From IMG/VR virus record IMGVR_UViG_3300028591_000091: a stretch of 49,500 nucleotides of DNA; one strand, given 5' to 3'. Positions 8,510 through 17,810 of this stretch are shown here, piece after piece; within the stretch, counting starts at the first letter, position 1; every line of letters begins with the position of its first letter. Position numbers and translations under genes: made by a program. The DNA is from an uncultured virus (IMG/VR IMGVR_UViG_3300028591_000091). Its lineage: Duplodnaviria > Heunggongvirae > Uroviricota > Caudoviricetes. The notes below the pieces were generated by a model. That model ran no database searches. It had not been told where the DNA came from and worked only from the letters and a program-made list of their open reading frames with translations.

Positions 8510-9907
8510 ATGGAAAGTTTAGATTTTCTTTATTCATTGATGTCTCCTTTCTTATATAAGGAGGCACAAAATAATATTAAACATTTAGAGTATTATTTTG
8601 CAACAAATCCTAATACTGCTGGTAGTCCGTTGGTTCATGAGTTAGTAGATGCAATTAAAACCTATGACTATAATGCAATAGGTGAGCCGCTATTCAGATC
8701 TATACTTCAGAAAACTGGAAAGACTGCTGCGGAATCTAAAATGATCTTATCAGAAATAAACAAATGGAGGGGTTATCCTGAAAATCAGATGGATGCTAGC
8801 CGAAAATTTCTGATGAATGTTGTTGCAAAAGTTGAAATTGACCAAACACTACAAAGGTATAAAGATTCTCCAGCAGAAGCATATAAAGCAATTAAGGACT
8901 CAAGTCTTAATACTTCAGCAAATGACTCTTTTAAATCTTTCAAGTTTGGAGATATGAATATTCAAAAAGTTCTTGCTGATAAAAGCCAAGGCGCTGTTCA
9001 TACTAATTATCAATGGCTAAATGACGTATTTCCTCCACATAATGGAATTGAGCTGGGCCAGATTGGTCTTGTTTGTGCAGCTCCTGGTGTAGGTAAAAGT
9101 TTATTTTCAATGAACTTAGCTTTATATTTTGCATCGTGTGGGGTAAAAACTTTGTATGTAACTCTTGGTGATTTAGTTGAACGAGACTGGATCACACGTC
9201 TTGGAGCAATCTACTGTAATTGTTCTTTTGCTGAATCATATAACAACATGGAAAATATGTTTTATAATATAAAGAAAATTACAGGAGATAATTTAGAGTT
9301 GTCAATAAATCCATCAGGTAAAATAACTTCTACAGAGATAGTTGATTATGTTTTAGAAAGAGATTATAAGGTGATTTTTATTGACTATGATGCGAATCTT
9401 TGTGGAGCATCTGATGGAACTGAAGAATCTGGATCTAGTATGTATTCTAATTATGGAAAAATATATGCAGACTTTACCAGACTTTCAATGAATGGAAGAC
9501 TTGTAATCGTTTGTTGTCAACCCAAGATCTATAGTTGGGGACAGTTGATTGGTTTAGGAGATATTGGAGAATCTAAACGTAAACAAGAGACTGCTGATTT
9601 TATTGTTACTATATCAAAGACAGCTCCTGAATGTCCAAATCCTGTGTTTACGGCTTATATACCAAAAGCACGAAGAGGAAAGGTAGGAACAAAAAAATAT
9701 CTAGTTCGAATAGATGCGACTTTTTACGAAATCCCACATGGAGTATATCAACAGCTAGCCCAAATAAAGGAAGAAGTTAGATATACACCACAGGATATTG
9801 AGAGAATGGTATTGGAATATAATAAACAAATGTCAGGAATAAATCAAAAAACTCAGCAAATAGTTAATGCTAAAAAATCTGGTAATAATCCATTTGCTCA
9901 GCCGTAA
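8510..9907 (+). CDS. DnaB-like (SF4) replicative helicase
   Basis: Walker A AAPGVGKS, TLYVTLG, Walker B VIFIDY, IGESKRKQETAD and KARRG arginine-finger region. Confidence 0.85.
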   Translation: MESLDFLYSLMSPFLYKEAQNNIKHLEYYFATNPNTAGSPLVHELVDAIKTYDYNAIGEPLFRSILQKTGKTAAESKMILSEINKWRGYPENQMDASRKFLMNVVAKVEIDQTLQRYKDSPAEAYKAIKDSSLNTSANDSFKSFKFGDMNIQKVLADKSQGAVHTNYQWLNDVFPPHNGIELGQIGLVCAAPGVGKSLFSMNLALYFASCGVKTLYVTLGDLVERDWITRLGAIYCNCSFAESYNNMENMFYNIKKITGDNLELSINPSGKITSTEIVDYVLERDYKVIFIDYDANLCGASDGTEESGSSMYSNYGKIYADFTRLSMNGRLVIVCCQPKIYSWGQLIGLGDIGESKRKQETADFIVTISKTAPECPNPVFTAYIPKARRGKVGTKKYLVRIDATFYEIPHGVYQQLAQIKEEVRYTPQDIERMVLEYNKQMSGINQKTQQIVNAKKSGNNPFAQP

Positions 9908-9908
9908 T

Positions 9909-10243
9909 ATGAATGTAAGTGATAGGAATGTAAAAGTTCCTATTACTTTCTTTTATAAAAATCAGAAAATGAAAAATAGAATAAATTTTGTAATGGGAGC
10001 ACGAAAGATATTATCGGTTAATGCTCTCTATAATGCTAAAATGACCTGGGTAAACGGGAGACAAGTAGCAACTATATACAAAACAGGAGAAGCGAAACAG
10101 ACCGAAGCTTATATCAAAGAACAAGTCGAAAGATTAAATGTCCCTATAAATTATCCTTGGGTAAATAAAGATACGTTGTTCAAGATGACTATTAAGGTTG
10201 TCTTCAAGAGCGGTTTTTGCCAACGTGATTTAGATAATGTTCT
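9909..10243 (+). CDS. RusA-like Holliday junction resolvase, exon 1
   Basis: SVNALY motif and RDLDNVL; splicing to 10408 gives DLDNVLKLIQD...INDSHV, the RusA D-x-D-N-x-x-K-x-x-x-D pattern. Confidence 0.85.
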
Positions 10244-10407
10244 CTGTTTGGGAAATTAGCCTGAGTATTGCTGGAACCTTAGAGAAAAGGAATCAGCAGT
10301 TTAGGATCTTGTATCTTAAATTCAACGACTATGTACAGGCAAGTTTTATATTTATTAGAGTATAAAATGAAAGATATAGTCTAAGTATTATGATTAGAAT
10401 AATATTG
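10244..10407 (+). mobile_element. ORF-less minimal group I intron (164 nt)
   Basis: P1 with U10243-G10251 wobble; P10 TTTG/CAAG; P3 GCCTG/CAGGC; P TTGCTGGAA; Q AATCAGCAG; R TTCAACGACTA; S AAGATATAGTC; P9 hairpin; terminal G10407. Confidence 0.9.
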
Positions 10408-10948
10408 CAAGCTTATACAAGATGGAATTTTCAGAGCTCTCGAAATAAACGACTCTCATGTAGTATCAATTGTGGCGGATAAGGTTTTGTTTCCAGATAT
10501 CAGCGAAGAAAAGATTTACGTGTGTTTAGAAGAGGTGGATGGAACCGGTGTGAGATTCGACCTAATTCCAAAGCCTTCTAAAATTTGGTCCGCCGATTTT
10601 AATTTCGCTACACTTAAAGAATTACCAGAAAAAGGAGCTAGAAAAGGAAAACTTTATAAGACCGGGGATGAAGAACGCGCGGATACTTTTGTTTATATTG
10701 TTACACCGGAAAATCTCAACCTCTTAACTCCCACACGTATTATCCTTCGCTGTGTAGAGGCCGTCCTAGGAAGTAAGGGATTTGTTTATATTGCTTTTGT
10801 CGGTGATTTTGATAATAAAAATGAGGTAGAAGAATTCAAAGCCTTATTATTAGATGAACAAAAAGAATATAGTGGAATTATATTTAGAGATTTTCAAAAA
10901 CAACCTAAAGAAGAAGAATTATTATGCTGGATCTTGAAAGAACTGTGA
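10408..10948 (+). CDS. RusA-like resolvase, exon 2 with long C-terminal extension
   Basis: In frame with exon 1 after splicing (CT|C AAG); total about 291 aa. Confidence 0.85.
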
Positions 10949-11307
10949 TATGTAAAATATTTAAACATAATAATCAAAATTATGAAATTTTTGTTCCAAT
11001 ATCAGAAGAAATTGGATTAAGACCTAGAAATTCACTTTTGTATTATTATCTACACCTACATATTCGGCGACCTATAACATCTCACAAAAATAAAAATCCA
11101 AAATCAATACCTAAATATTTCTTTAATTCTACTTGTCTATTCTTTTTCGGACAAATTGACCCGATTTCGTTAATGACAGAAGAAGATGCACTATTTAATC
11201 AGAAAATAAAACTATCTTATTTACTTCCTGTTGTAAAAAATTGGTACAGTCTACACTATTTTCCTGCTATTATGATTGAAATGACGGATAATTATTGGAT
11301 AATTTAA
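10924..11307 (+). CDS. hypothetical protein
   Basis: 127-aa ORF overlapping the previous gene end; no motif recognised. Confidence 0.55.
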   Translation: MLDLERTVICKIFKHNNQNYEIFVPISEEIGLRPRNSLLYYYLHLHIRRPITSHKNKNPKSIPKYFFNSTCLFFFGQIDPISLMTEEDALFNQKIKLSYLLPVVKNWYSLHYFPAIMIEMTDNYWII

Positions 11308-11385
11308 TGTTAGATATTGAAGGAATTTTAAAGTGTAGAATTAAGCAAGTTGGTTCTCACTTAATCAAAAAAAACAATCTGATAT

Positions 11386-11883
11386 ATGTTGACGAATACT
11401 GGAAATCATAAATTATATTGTTTTAGTCAGTCTGATTTTAACAATGAATGTTTTTTGAAGGGCTGGAATGATGAGTGTTGTCCAGAAAATGTTGCTTTTA
11501 TTTCAATTACTGGAACAGAAGAGTGTCAAATGTATTATCTCAAAGAAAAAGAAGAACACTGGTTTAAACAAAAGCACCCTAATGTTCTTAATATAAGCTT
11601 TGATGATATTGATACTGATGAAGTGGAGTGGGAAGGTCATATATTCTATGGACTTCAACCAGAACAAGCAAAAGAAATAGTAAGGTTTATAGAATATAAC
11701 CTGGAGAAAGATTTTTGGATTCATTGCAGAGCAGGTCAATCAAGAAGCCAAGGGATAGTCAGATTTATCTTAGATTGTTATCCAGAATATGATTGGGAAA
11801 CTAGACCAAATAATCCCTGTATCACTCCTAATATAGATGTAGTAGCTAAACTTAAACGAGTAAAGATTTATGATTATCTTTGA
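11386..11883 (+). CDS. protein-tyrosine/dual-specificity phosphatase-like protein
   Basis: CX5R active site IHCRAGQSRS; upstream FDDI acid loop; PN motif near the C-terminus. Confidence 0.85.
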   Translation: MLTNTGNHKLYCFSQSDFNNECFLKGWNDECCPENVAFISITGTEECQMYYLKEKEEHWFKQKHPNVLNISFDDIDTDEVEWEGHIFYGLQPEQAKEIVRFIEYNLEKDFWIHCRAGQSRSQGIVRFILDCYPEYDWETRPNNPCITPNIDVVAKLKRVKIYDYL

Positions 11884-12238
11884 CGAAATTATTATGATAG
11901 ATAATATAGATAATATTGAGAGACATTTTTATATTGGACTATTATTTTATAATAAATCTGATAAAGACAATATAAATCTAACTGAATCATCTAGTATTAC
12001 TGTGTTGTTCCATTTAAAAGGATATATTATAAAGAATAAATGGTTTACCCCAAAAAAGATATATAATTGGATACTAAATAAAAAAGGAATAACTCGCTTT
12101 GCATCCACAAGTTATTTTAAATCTAAAACAGTAACAATAAAAAAAATAAGTATTAAAAATAATCTGAGCAATAAAGACTATCTTAAATTAGTAAGTTCTT
12201 ATCCCTTAGCATTTAAATACTTTCTAAATAAAAAGTAG
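11870..12238 (+). CDS. hypothetical protein
   Basis: 122-aa basic ORF coupled to the previous gene. Confidence 0.55.
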   Translation: MIIFDEIIMIDNIDNIERHFYIGLLFYNKSDKDNINLTESSSITVLFHLKGYIIKNKWFTPKKIYNWILNKKGITRFASTSYFKSKTVTIKKISIKNNLSNKDYLKLVSSYPLAFKYFLNKK

Positions 12239-12267
12239 AGATTTATGTTTCTCTACTTTTATTTTAT
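12226..12267. terminator. bidirectional intrinsic terminator
   Basis: AAAAGTAGAGA/TCTCTACTTTT hairpin with A and T tracts between convergent genes. Confidence 0.8.
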
Positions 12268-12831
12268 TTAAACGGTTATATTAAGATCTATATCACAGAT
12301 TCTAATAATATCCCTAAGTGTCTCAATTCCTATTACCTTTCCTACAAATCGTTTAGAATCTCTGTAGTTATTAGCGTCTAAGATCTGATCTATAGTGTTG
12401 TATGTTATTTCCCAACCATTTCCGCTTTTTGTCCAGATTACGTTATCTCCCTCAGCATTTATAAACCCAGAAGATTTCCAAACAAGATATGAATCACCTC
12501 CTTCCCCATTAATTGTTTTTATAGGATAATCTATATTATCACTACCTTCATCAACATCAGGATTTGGCACTCTTCCAAAAAGTGATCCTATATAAAAAAT
12601 CTTATCATCCTTTTTTAATTGGGGGAGAAGGAGGCGTCGATCTATTCTTCCAGGAGTCATAAAAATATCATTACTTACCTGATCATATCTAAACTCAAAA
12701 ATATGATCGACAGATGCATAAGTTGATACATGGCCGTTCCAAGCACCACACCAAACAGGGGCTTTAGGATTTTTTAATAACTCTTTTGCCACATCTTCTG
12801 CTAATAATCCCTTTTTATTCATAAAATTCAT
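12268..12831 (-). CDS. hypothetical protein
   Basis: 187-aa ORF, no motif recognised. Confidence 0.75.
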   Translation of the reverse strand: MNFMNKKGLLAEDVAKELLKNPKAPVWCGAWNGHVSTYASVDHIFEFRYDQVSNDIFMTPGRIDRRLLLPQLKKDDKIFYIGSLFGRVPNPDVDEGSDNIDYPIKTINGEGGDSYLVWKSSGFINAEGDNVIWTKSGNGWEITYNTIDQILDANNYRDSKRFVGKVIGIETLRDIIRICDIDLNITV

Positions 12832-13237
12832 TAAATAAAGTTTTTTGATGTTTTCCCAAGTTCAACAAGAGAGAACAAATTTCATTTTCATTAATTTCTA
12901 TATCTTTACTTATAATCATTTCTAGAATAAACTGATCTTCCTCAAAATCCTCTTCCTTACAGATTCCTATTTGTATTTCTCTAGATTGATTATTATGTTT
13001 ATTAGTAATCAAGTTTTTCCAAATTGAAGTTCTCTGTGATCTTTTAGAAAACCCAAATCTATTATTATAAACTTGATATATGGCGAGAACTTTATCACGA
13101 CGCATCTCTAAAAGATCTTCTTTCTCTTTATATAAAAGAACTCCTTTAACAGTACAATTTGTTCTTCTATTAACTACTATATATTCTTCTCTTAACATAT
13201 TATATAGATAAGGCGCTGAGGGATTTTTAACTGGCAT
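12815..13237 (-). CDS. hypothetical protein
   Basis: 140-aa ORF overlapping the next gene start; exact start uncertain. Confidence 0.6.
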   Translation of the reverse strand: MPVKNPSAPYLYNMLREEYIVVNRRTNCTVKGVLLYKEKEDLLEMRRDKVLAIYQVYNNRFGFSKRSQRTSIWKNLITNKHNNQSREIQIGICKEEDFEEDQFILEMIISKDIEINENEICSLLLNLGKHQKTLFNEFYE

Positions 13238-13308
13238 AAAAACATCGCTTATTATCCAACCCGAAGGAAGAATGAGTAAGCGATATCTAGAGAATGCCAG
13301 GAATAAAA

Positions 13309-13380
13309 AAGGAGGAAAATATAAGTCGGGATTTTCTTGCGTTCCGCCTTTTATTTCTCCGACTTGAAATAAACCTCCTT
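13309..13380. repeat. nested inverted-repeat element (one-armed relative of 1065..1224)
   Basis: AAGGAGG(13309)/CCTCCTT(13374); AAGTCGG(13323)/CCGACTT(13359); 29-nt loop containing TTCTTGCGTTCCG. Confidence 0.75.
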
Positions 13381-13471
13381 AATATGTCTCCTCAGCAAAA
13401 AAAAAATAAGTAAAGCGGTTCCTTCTTATCAACAGAATAGAACCAACTTAACCTTTTCAGGATTAAGACCT

Positions 13472-13528
13472 TTACCTATTTTTATTTGATTTTTCTTCTC
13501 TCACTCGTAATGTAAACTTTATTTTCAT
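13472..13528 (-). CDS. putative 18-aa small ORF MKIKFTLRVREEKSNKNR
   Basis: ATG 2 nt downstream of a CCTTATATATG box; followed by a long hairpin and T10 tract. Confidence 0.35.
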   Translation of the reverse strand: MKIKFTLRVREEKSNKNR

Positions 13529-13530
13529 TA

Positions 13531-13541
13531 CATATATAAGG
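13531..13541 (-). promoter_or_regulatory. putative phage promoter, proximal box CCTTATATATG
   Basis: Recurrent motif, intergenic. Confidence 0.6.
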
Positions 13542-13553
13542 TTTTCAGCCTTT

Positions 13554-14078
13554 CTAAAACTCAATCTTTCCAAGTTTTATAATATCAAGGTTCTGAAAAC
13601 TAAGATCATCCCTAACTCTAACCCCAACTTGATGTAATGCCCAACCTATAGCTGTAAGATTTCTATCACAGTCCATTACATCATAGTAAGAAGGATTAAG
13701 TTTCGGAAAATAGAGAACAGAGTCGGGAAAATAACAGTAATCTTGAAGTATCTCATCTTCCTCCAATTTTTCATATATCATTCTTCCATTATACATTATT
13801 CCAGGAGCTACCCTAATTATGTAAGGTTGATTAAATACACCATTCATATTTATTTTTATCCTAGAAATAACTCTATTCCCATTATCCACTAAGCTCTGAA
13901 CACTTGTAAGAGGATAAGTTAGAGAATTTATAATCACGACCTTTCCTACTAGGTACTTAATATTATCAGGATTTACAAAAACATTGCAATCCCCAATTTT
14001 ATTCCCTAACTTATCTTCAAGATAGATAGACTCAATAATCGAATTAAGTCCATTAAAATATACCATTTTAAACTCCAA
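13554..14078 (-). CDS. hypothetical protein
   Basis: 174-aa ORF in the topoisomerase operon. Confidence 0.7.
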   Translation of the reverse strand: MEFKMVYFNGLNSIIESIYLEDKLGNKIGDCNVFVNPDNIKYLVGKVVIINSLTYPLTSVQSLVDNGNRVISRIKINMNGVFNQPYIIRVAPGIMYNGRMIYEKLEEDEILQDYCYFPDSVLYFPKLNPSYYDVMDCDRNLTAIGWALHQVGVRVRDDLSFQNLDIIKLGKIEF

Positions 14079-14322
14079 ATATTATATTATTGTCTACTTT
14101 GATTGGAACTACATGCTCCTCAAATTTACTGACAGGTCTAAAATATACTACACTTTTAATTCCAACGTGCCCTTCCTTGTTAAGAGAAAATACATTATAA
14201 ATATACTCAGGAAGGATGTTATCAAAGACCTTCTCCCCCAATTTATCCCAATCAACAGGAAAAGCAGTATCATACTCTCCCCTAAAACAAATCTGATATC
14301 TACGTTTTTTCGATTTTTCCAT
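14068..14322 (-). CDS. hypothetical protein
   Basis: 84-aa ORF directly downstream of topoisomerase subunit A. Confidence 0.7.
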   Translation of the reverse strand: MEKSKKRRYQICFRGEYDTAFPVDWDKLGEKVFDNILPEYIYNVFSLNKEGHVGIKSVVYFRPVSKFEEHVVPIKVDNNIIFGV

Positions 14323-14327
14323 AATTA

Positions 14328-15692
14328 TTATAAACGTTTAATGATTTCTTCTGTATAAGTAATAGGATTGAATTTCTTAAGCTCTTTTAGCTTGTCTTTC
14401 AATTCTTTCACCTTACCTGTCGTATCTGAATTTTTCCTAAGATATGATATAGGTTTGCTGAGGACTGTTGAAATTATCTCTTCAGGCATTCCCAATTTAG
14501 TAACCAACTCTTTATCAGTGGCTTTCGGATTTATATTTAATATATAATTTGCCACAGTCGGAATAGCTTCAAAAACAGCAATATCAAATTCCGTTTTCTT
14601 AATCTTCCTCTGATTAGCTTTTGTTACTAAATCGATATAACGCTTGTATGTAAAATCAATCCATGCATAAAGTGGAATACGAAAAGCTGTCTCTCCATTA
14701 GTCACGTTGAGATTATAGTTTGTGGCATTAAAACAACACTTTCTACACAGAGCCTCAACATCTTCTATAGTTATACCTCTTGCACCGGGAATTCGATATA
14801 CTACCATTTTACATGATTCGTAATCTGTAATATCCTCAATGAAGATTTTACCGTCCTCTTCAAGCTTTCTGAGAGGCTTAAGTTTTGGAGTAAATATTTC
14901 AGTTCCATCCTTAGTTTCAAACAAGATACCCTCTAATCCAGTTTCCGGGTTTGTATATCTTGAAATCTTATAAGCATATACAACTCTTCCCTGACCTAAT
15001 TTCCAAAGCTTATCTAACTCTGAATTCTTTTTATCAAGAATTAGATCAACATTTGGTTCGAGAAGGTTTGGATTATTATGTTTGTATGCTTGATATATAG
15101 ACCAAGGACTGAAGTTTGGATATATCATACTTATTGACACGCCCAGACCACTTGACAAACTCTTCATTGAGAGTCCAGCAGGGAGAGGTAAAGGCAAGAA
15201 AGCGGGCTCTAAATTATTATTAGGGCTTTCTACCATAGGAACCTCTTTTATAAGATCTCCCATAATCTCCCAGTAAAGATTTGATATTTTACAATAAGTA
15301 TATCGTTCATTTGCTGGGGGATTTACTACGCCATCTATCTGAGTATATCCAATGGAGCCCTCAGTTTCGAATACACCACTTTTCGAGAGAACTGCTACTA
15401 CGTCATTTAGGCTCAAAATGTTATGAGGATGAAACATAGCAACTGCAGAAATCACCGTATTAGTATGATGGAAACTAGAGTGGCTGAATTGTGATAGTGC
15501 TGTATAAATTAATCTTTTATAAGAAACTTTAAATCCATCTAGATCTGCTAAATGTCTATGACAATTTATATAAGCACCAGCCTCAAGATAAGCTTCTGCG
15601 ACTACTTCACTAATTGGTACTTGTTTGATTTGTTCCGATGTAGCTAACGGTAATTCTTTCTCAGTTAGATCAATCTTTTTCTTTCTTGGCAT
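14328..15692 (-). CDS. type IIA DNA topoisomerase subunit A (GyrA/ParC-like, no beta-pinwheel CTD)
   Basis: DGFKVSYKRLIY, FHPH, catalytic ANERYT, EPAFLP; only 454 aa. Confidence 0.9.
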   Translation of the reverse strand: MPRKKKIDLTEKELPLATSEQIKQVPISEVVAEAYLEAGAYINCHRHLADLDGFKVSYKRLIYTALSQFSHSSFHHTNTVISAVAMFHPHNILSLNDVVAVLSKSGVFETEGSIGYTQIDGVVNPPANERYTYCKISNLYWEIMGDLIKEVPMVESPNNNLEPAFLPLPLPAGLSMKSLSSGLGVSISMIYPNFSPWSIYQAYKHNNPNLLEPNVDLILDKKNSELDKLWKLGQGRVVYAYKISRYTNPETGLEGILFETKDGTEIFTPKLKPLRKLEEDGKIFIEDITDYESCKMVVYRIPGARGITIEDVEALCRKCCFNATNYNLNVTNGETAFRIPLYAWIDFTYKRYIDLVTKANQRKIKKTEFDIAVFEAIPTVANYILNINPKATDKELVTKLGMPEEIISTVLSKPISYLRKNSDTTGKVKELKDKLKELKKFNPITYTEEIIKRL

Positions 15693-15704
15693 AATTATTT
15701 CTTT

Positions 15705-17729
15705 TTATATGTTGTAGGGATTACTAAGAATACCTGCATCCGTCATTAATTTTTTTCTTATATCAATATTTTCTGTTAAAGACATTGCATAGTCTATTCC
15801 TTCCGGAGTAACTTGTATCAATTTTCTTGTCTTAGGGTTGAAGAATATATCATAAATCATTTCTTTGGGGATCGATCCTAAACCTTTGAAGCGCCTAAAT
15901 TTTTTGGTAGTATCTATTCCAATCGGCACTCCATTTGAATCTGTTGGATCCCCAGGGTAATAAAATTTTCCATTCTGTTCGAACAATGGGCTTACACTAA
16001 TGTATACCATGCCATGCTCGATCAAAAATTTTGCAAACTTACTTATAACATACAATAATAATGCTATTATATGTCCACCATCTGCATCTGCGTCGCAACA
16101 TATTACTATGCGGCCATATCTTGAATATTTCATCAACCTTTCATGAGCCTCTTCATACGATCTAGCTCCAGTTGTTACATTCTTATCTTCAATTCCAACC
16201 CCTAAAACTTGGAATAATGACGATATTTCTTTATTTTCTAGAGCTCTATTGATATCAACTTCGCTCACATTGAGTACTTTGCCTTTAAGCGCAAAAACCG
16301 CCTCTCTAAGTCCTCCGTTTATTGTTCTTCTGCCAGACTTCAAAGACCCACTTGGCGAAAGTCCCTCTACAATATGAAGTGAACATTGCCATCTATCCTT
16401 TAGAGTCGCATCACTAAATCCTTCGATCAGGTTATTTCTGTTCTTGTAGAATCCAGTTCCTGAAGCCGCTGACATCATTCTTTCAGCTTTTTCAATGGCT
16501 CCAATATTACGACGTGAATCCCAAAGTTCATTTAGTTTCTTAACATGAAGGTCCCAATAATCGGAATTCTTTCTAAAGACTTTCTCTACCTCTTTTACGA
16601 TGGGGTTAAAATCATCTAGTTTAACCTTTGTAATAGATTTTAGATTCTCTTTCGTTTGAGAATTATAAACATTATCATTGCTGAGTACGATAATTCCAAA
16701 CTTAAGTCCCTCTAAAGCAAGATCATGTGTTACCTTATATTGCGATCTTAAGGCAGCTTTGAATATAGATTTTGCTAAGTTAACATGAAAACCAGCGGGA
16801 CAATTAAGACCATTTACAGAAGCGAATATGTCTTTATCTGCTTTAGCCAAGTCTTCATTAACCTCAAAAGTCAAGTAAACACCAACTTCTTTATTAGGGC
16901 TATTTTCATCCTTTGGTTTAATCGTTGTAGCAATCTCGAATTTGAAAGGCTTAAAATTACATTTAAGATCTTCTCCATCCACTATAACCTTAATCTTCTT
17001 TCTTTCAAAAAATCTCTGTTGAATTAGTAAGAAATAGTTTAAGTTGATATATGGTATCTTAGGTTTCAGTCCTTCTTCAAAAACTTCAGGATCAAGCTTA
17101 AAGAATATTAAGGTTGTCATTCCTCGAGGGATAGGAGTAAATTTCTTTATTCCCTTGAACATACGTTTCTCAATATCCTTAAGTAACATACACCCCTCAA
17201 AAACTTTATATCCTTTCTCACAAGCTATAATATAATATAACTCGTTCTTTTGTCTTGGCCCAACAGATTTCCAAGCTTCTTCAACTTCTGAAATTGATCC
17301 TTTCCAGTTATGTTCCCCTACTCTAACCAACATATAGAATTGAGTACTACATGCTTGAGTACAGGCACCTCCTACTCCATGTGTTCCTACTCGTCCAATC
17401 TCTCCAACTGTAAATTTGCTGGAAGAGTGGAGTTCTGTAATAGCTAGGAGTGCTTCGGTTTTGTTTGGATCATCTACTGAAATCCTGATGGGAATCCCTC
17501 GATCACTATTATCTGCTACATAACAAAATCCATTAAAATCATTACTTACATGAACAGTATCACCATGTCCAGATCCTACCTCGTCGCAAGCATTATCACA
17601 AATTTCTCTTAGTGCTGTCTCTGAACCGTCGCTAAGATTTGATCCTAAGAAAAGACCAACATGCTTTCGTACTGACTCGGGGAATTTCTGTAGCGATATA
17701 TGTCCATCACTTATTTTTTCTTTTCCCAT
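15705..17729 (-). CDS. type IIA DNA topoisomerase subunit B (GyrB/ParE-like)
   Basis: GHKL motifs EICDNACDE, DRGIP and GTHGVG; TOPRIM motifs IVEGLS, ALKGKVLN, DADADGGHI and RFKGLG. Confidence 0.95.
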   Translation of the reverse strand: MGKEKISDGHISLQKFPESVRKHVGLFLGSNLSDGSETALREICDNACDEVGSGHGDTVHVSNDFNGFCYVADNSDRGIPIRISVDDPNKTEALLAITELHSSSKFTVGEIGRVGTHGVGGACTQACSTQFYMLVRVGEHNWKGSISEVEEAWKSVGPRQKNELYYIIACEKGYKVFEGCMLLKDIEKRMFKGIKKFTPIPRGMTTLIFFKLDPEVFEEGLKPKIPYINLNYFLLIQQRFFERKKIKVIVDGEDLKCNFKPFKFEIATTIKPKDENSPNKEVGVYLTFEVNEDLAKADKDIFASVNGLNCPAGFHVNLAKSIFKAALRSQYKVTHDLALEGLKFGIIVLSNDNVYNSQTKENLKSITKVKLDDFNPIVKEVEKVFRKNSDYWDLHVKKLNELWDSRRNIGAIEKAERMMSAASGTGFYKNRNNLIEGFSDATLKDRWQCSLHIVEGLSPSGSLKSGRRTINGGLREAVFALKGKVLNVSEVDINRALENKEISSLFQVLGVGIEDKNVTTGARSYEEAHERLMKYSRYGRIVICCDADADGGHIIALLLYVISKFAKFLIEHGMVYISVSPLFEQNGKFYYPGDPTDSNGVPIGIDTTKKFRRFKGLGSIPKEMIYDIFFNPKTRKLIQVTPEGIDYAMSLTENIDIRKKLMTDAGILSNPYNI

Positions 17730-17810
17730 ATAAATTTTGTTTTATAAATTTCATATCGTTAAATATAGGTGAAGTAGAAATTCTCCTCCTCACCATATTA
17801 TATAAGAGTT

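Noticed and set aside
10241..10407. Alternative 5' splice site after U10240
   Set aside because: Gives DLDNVK with wrong RusA spacing and no U-G pair in P1; the 10243/10244 junction satisfies both
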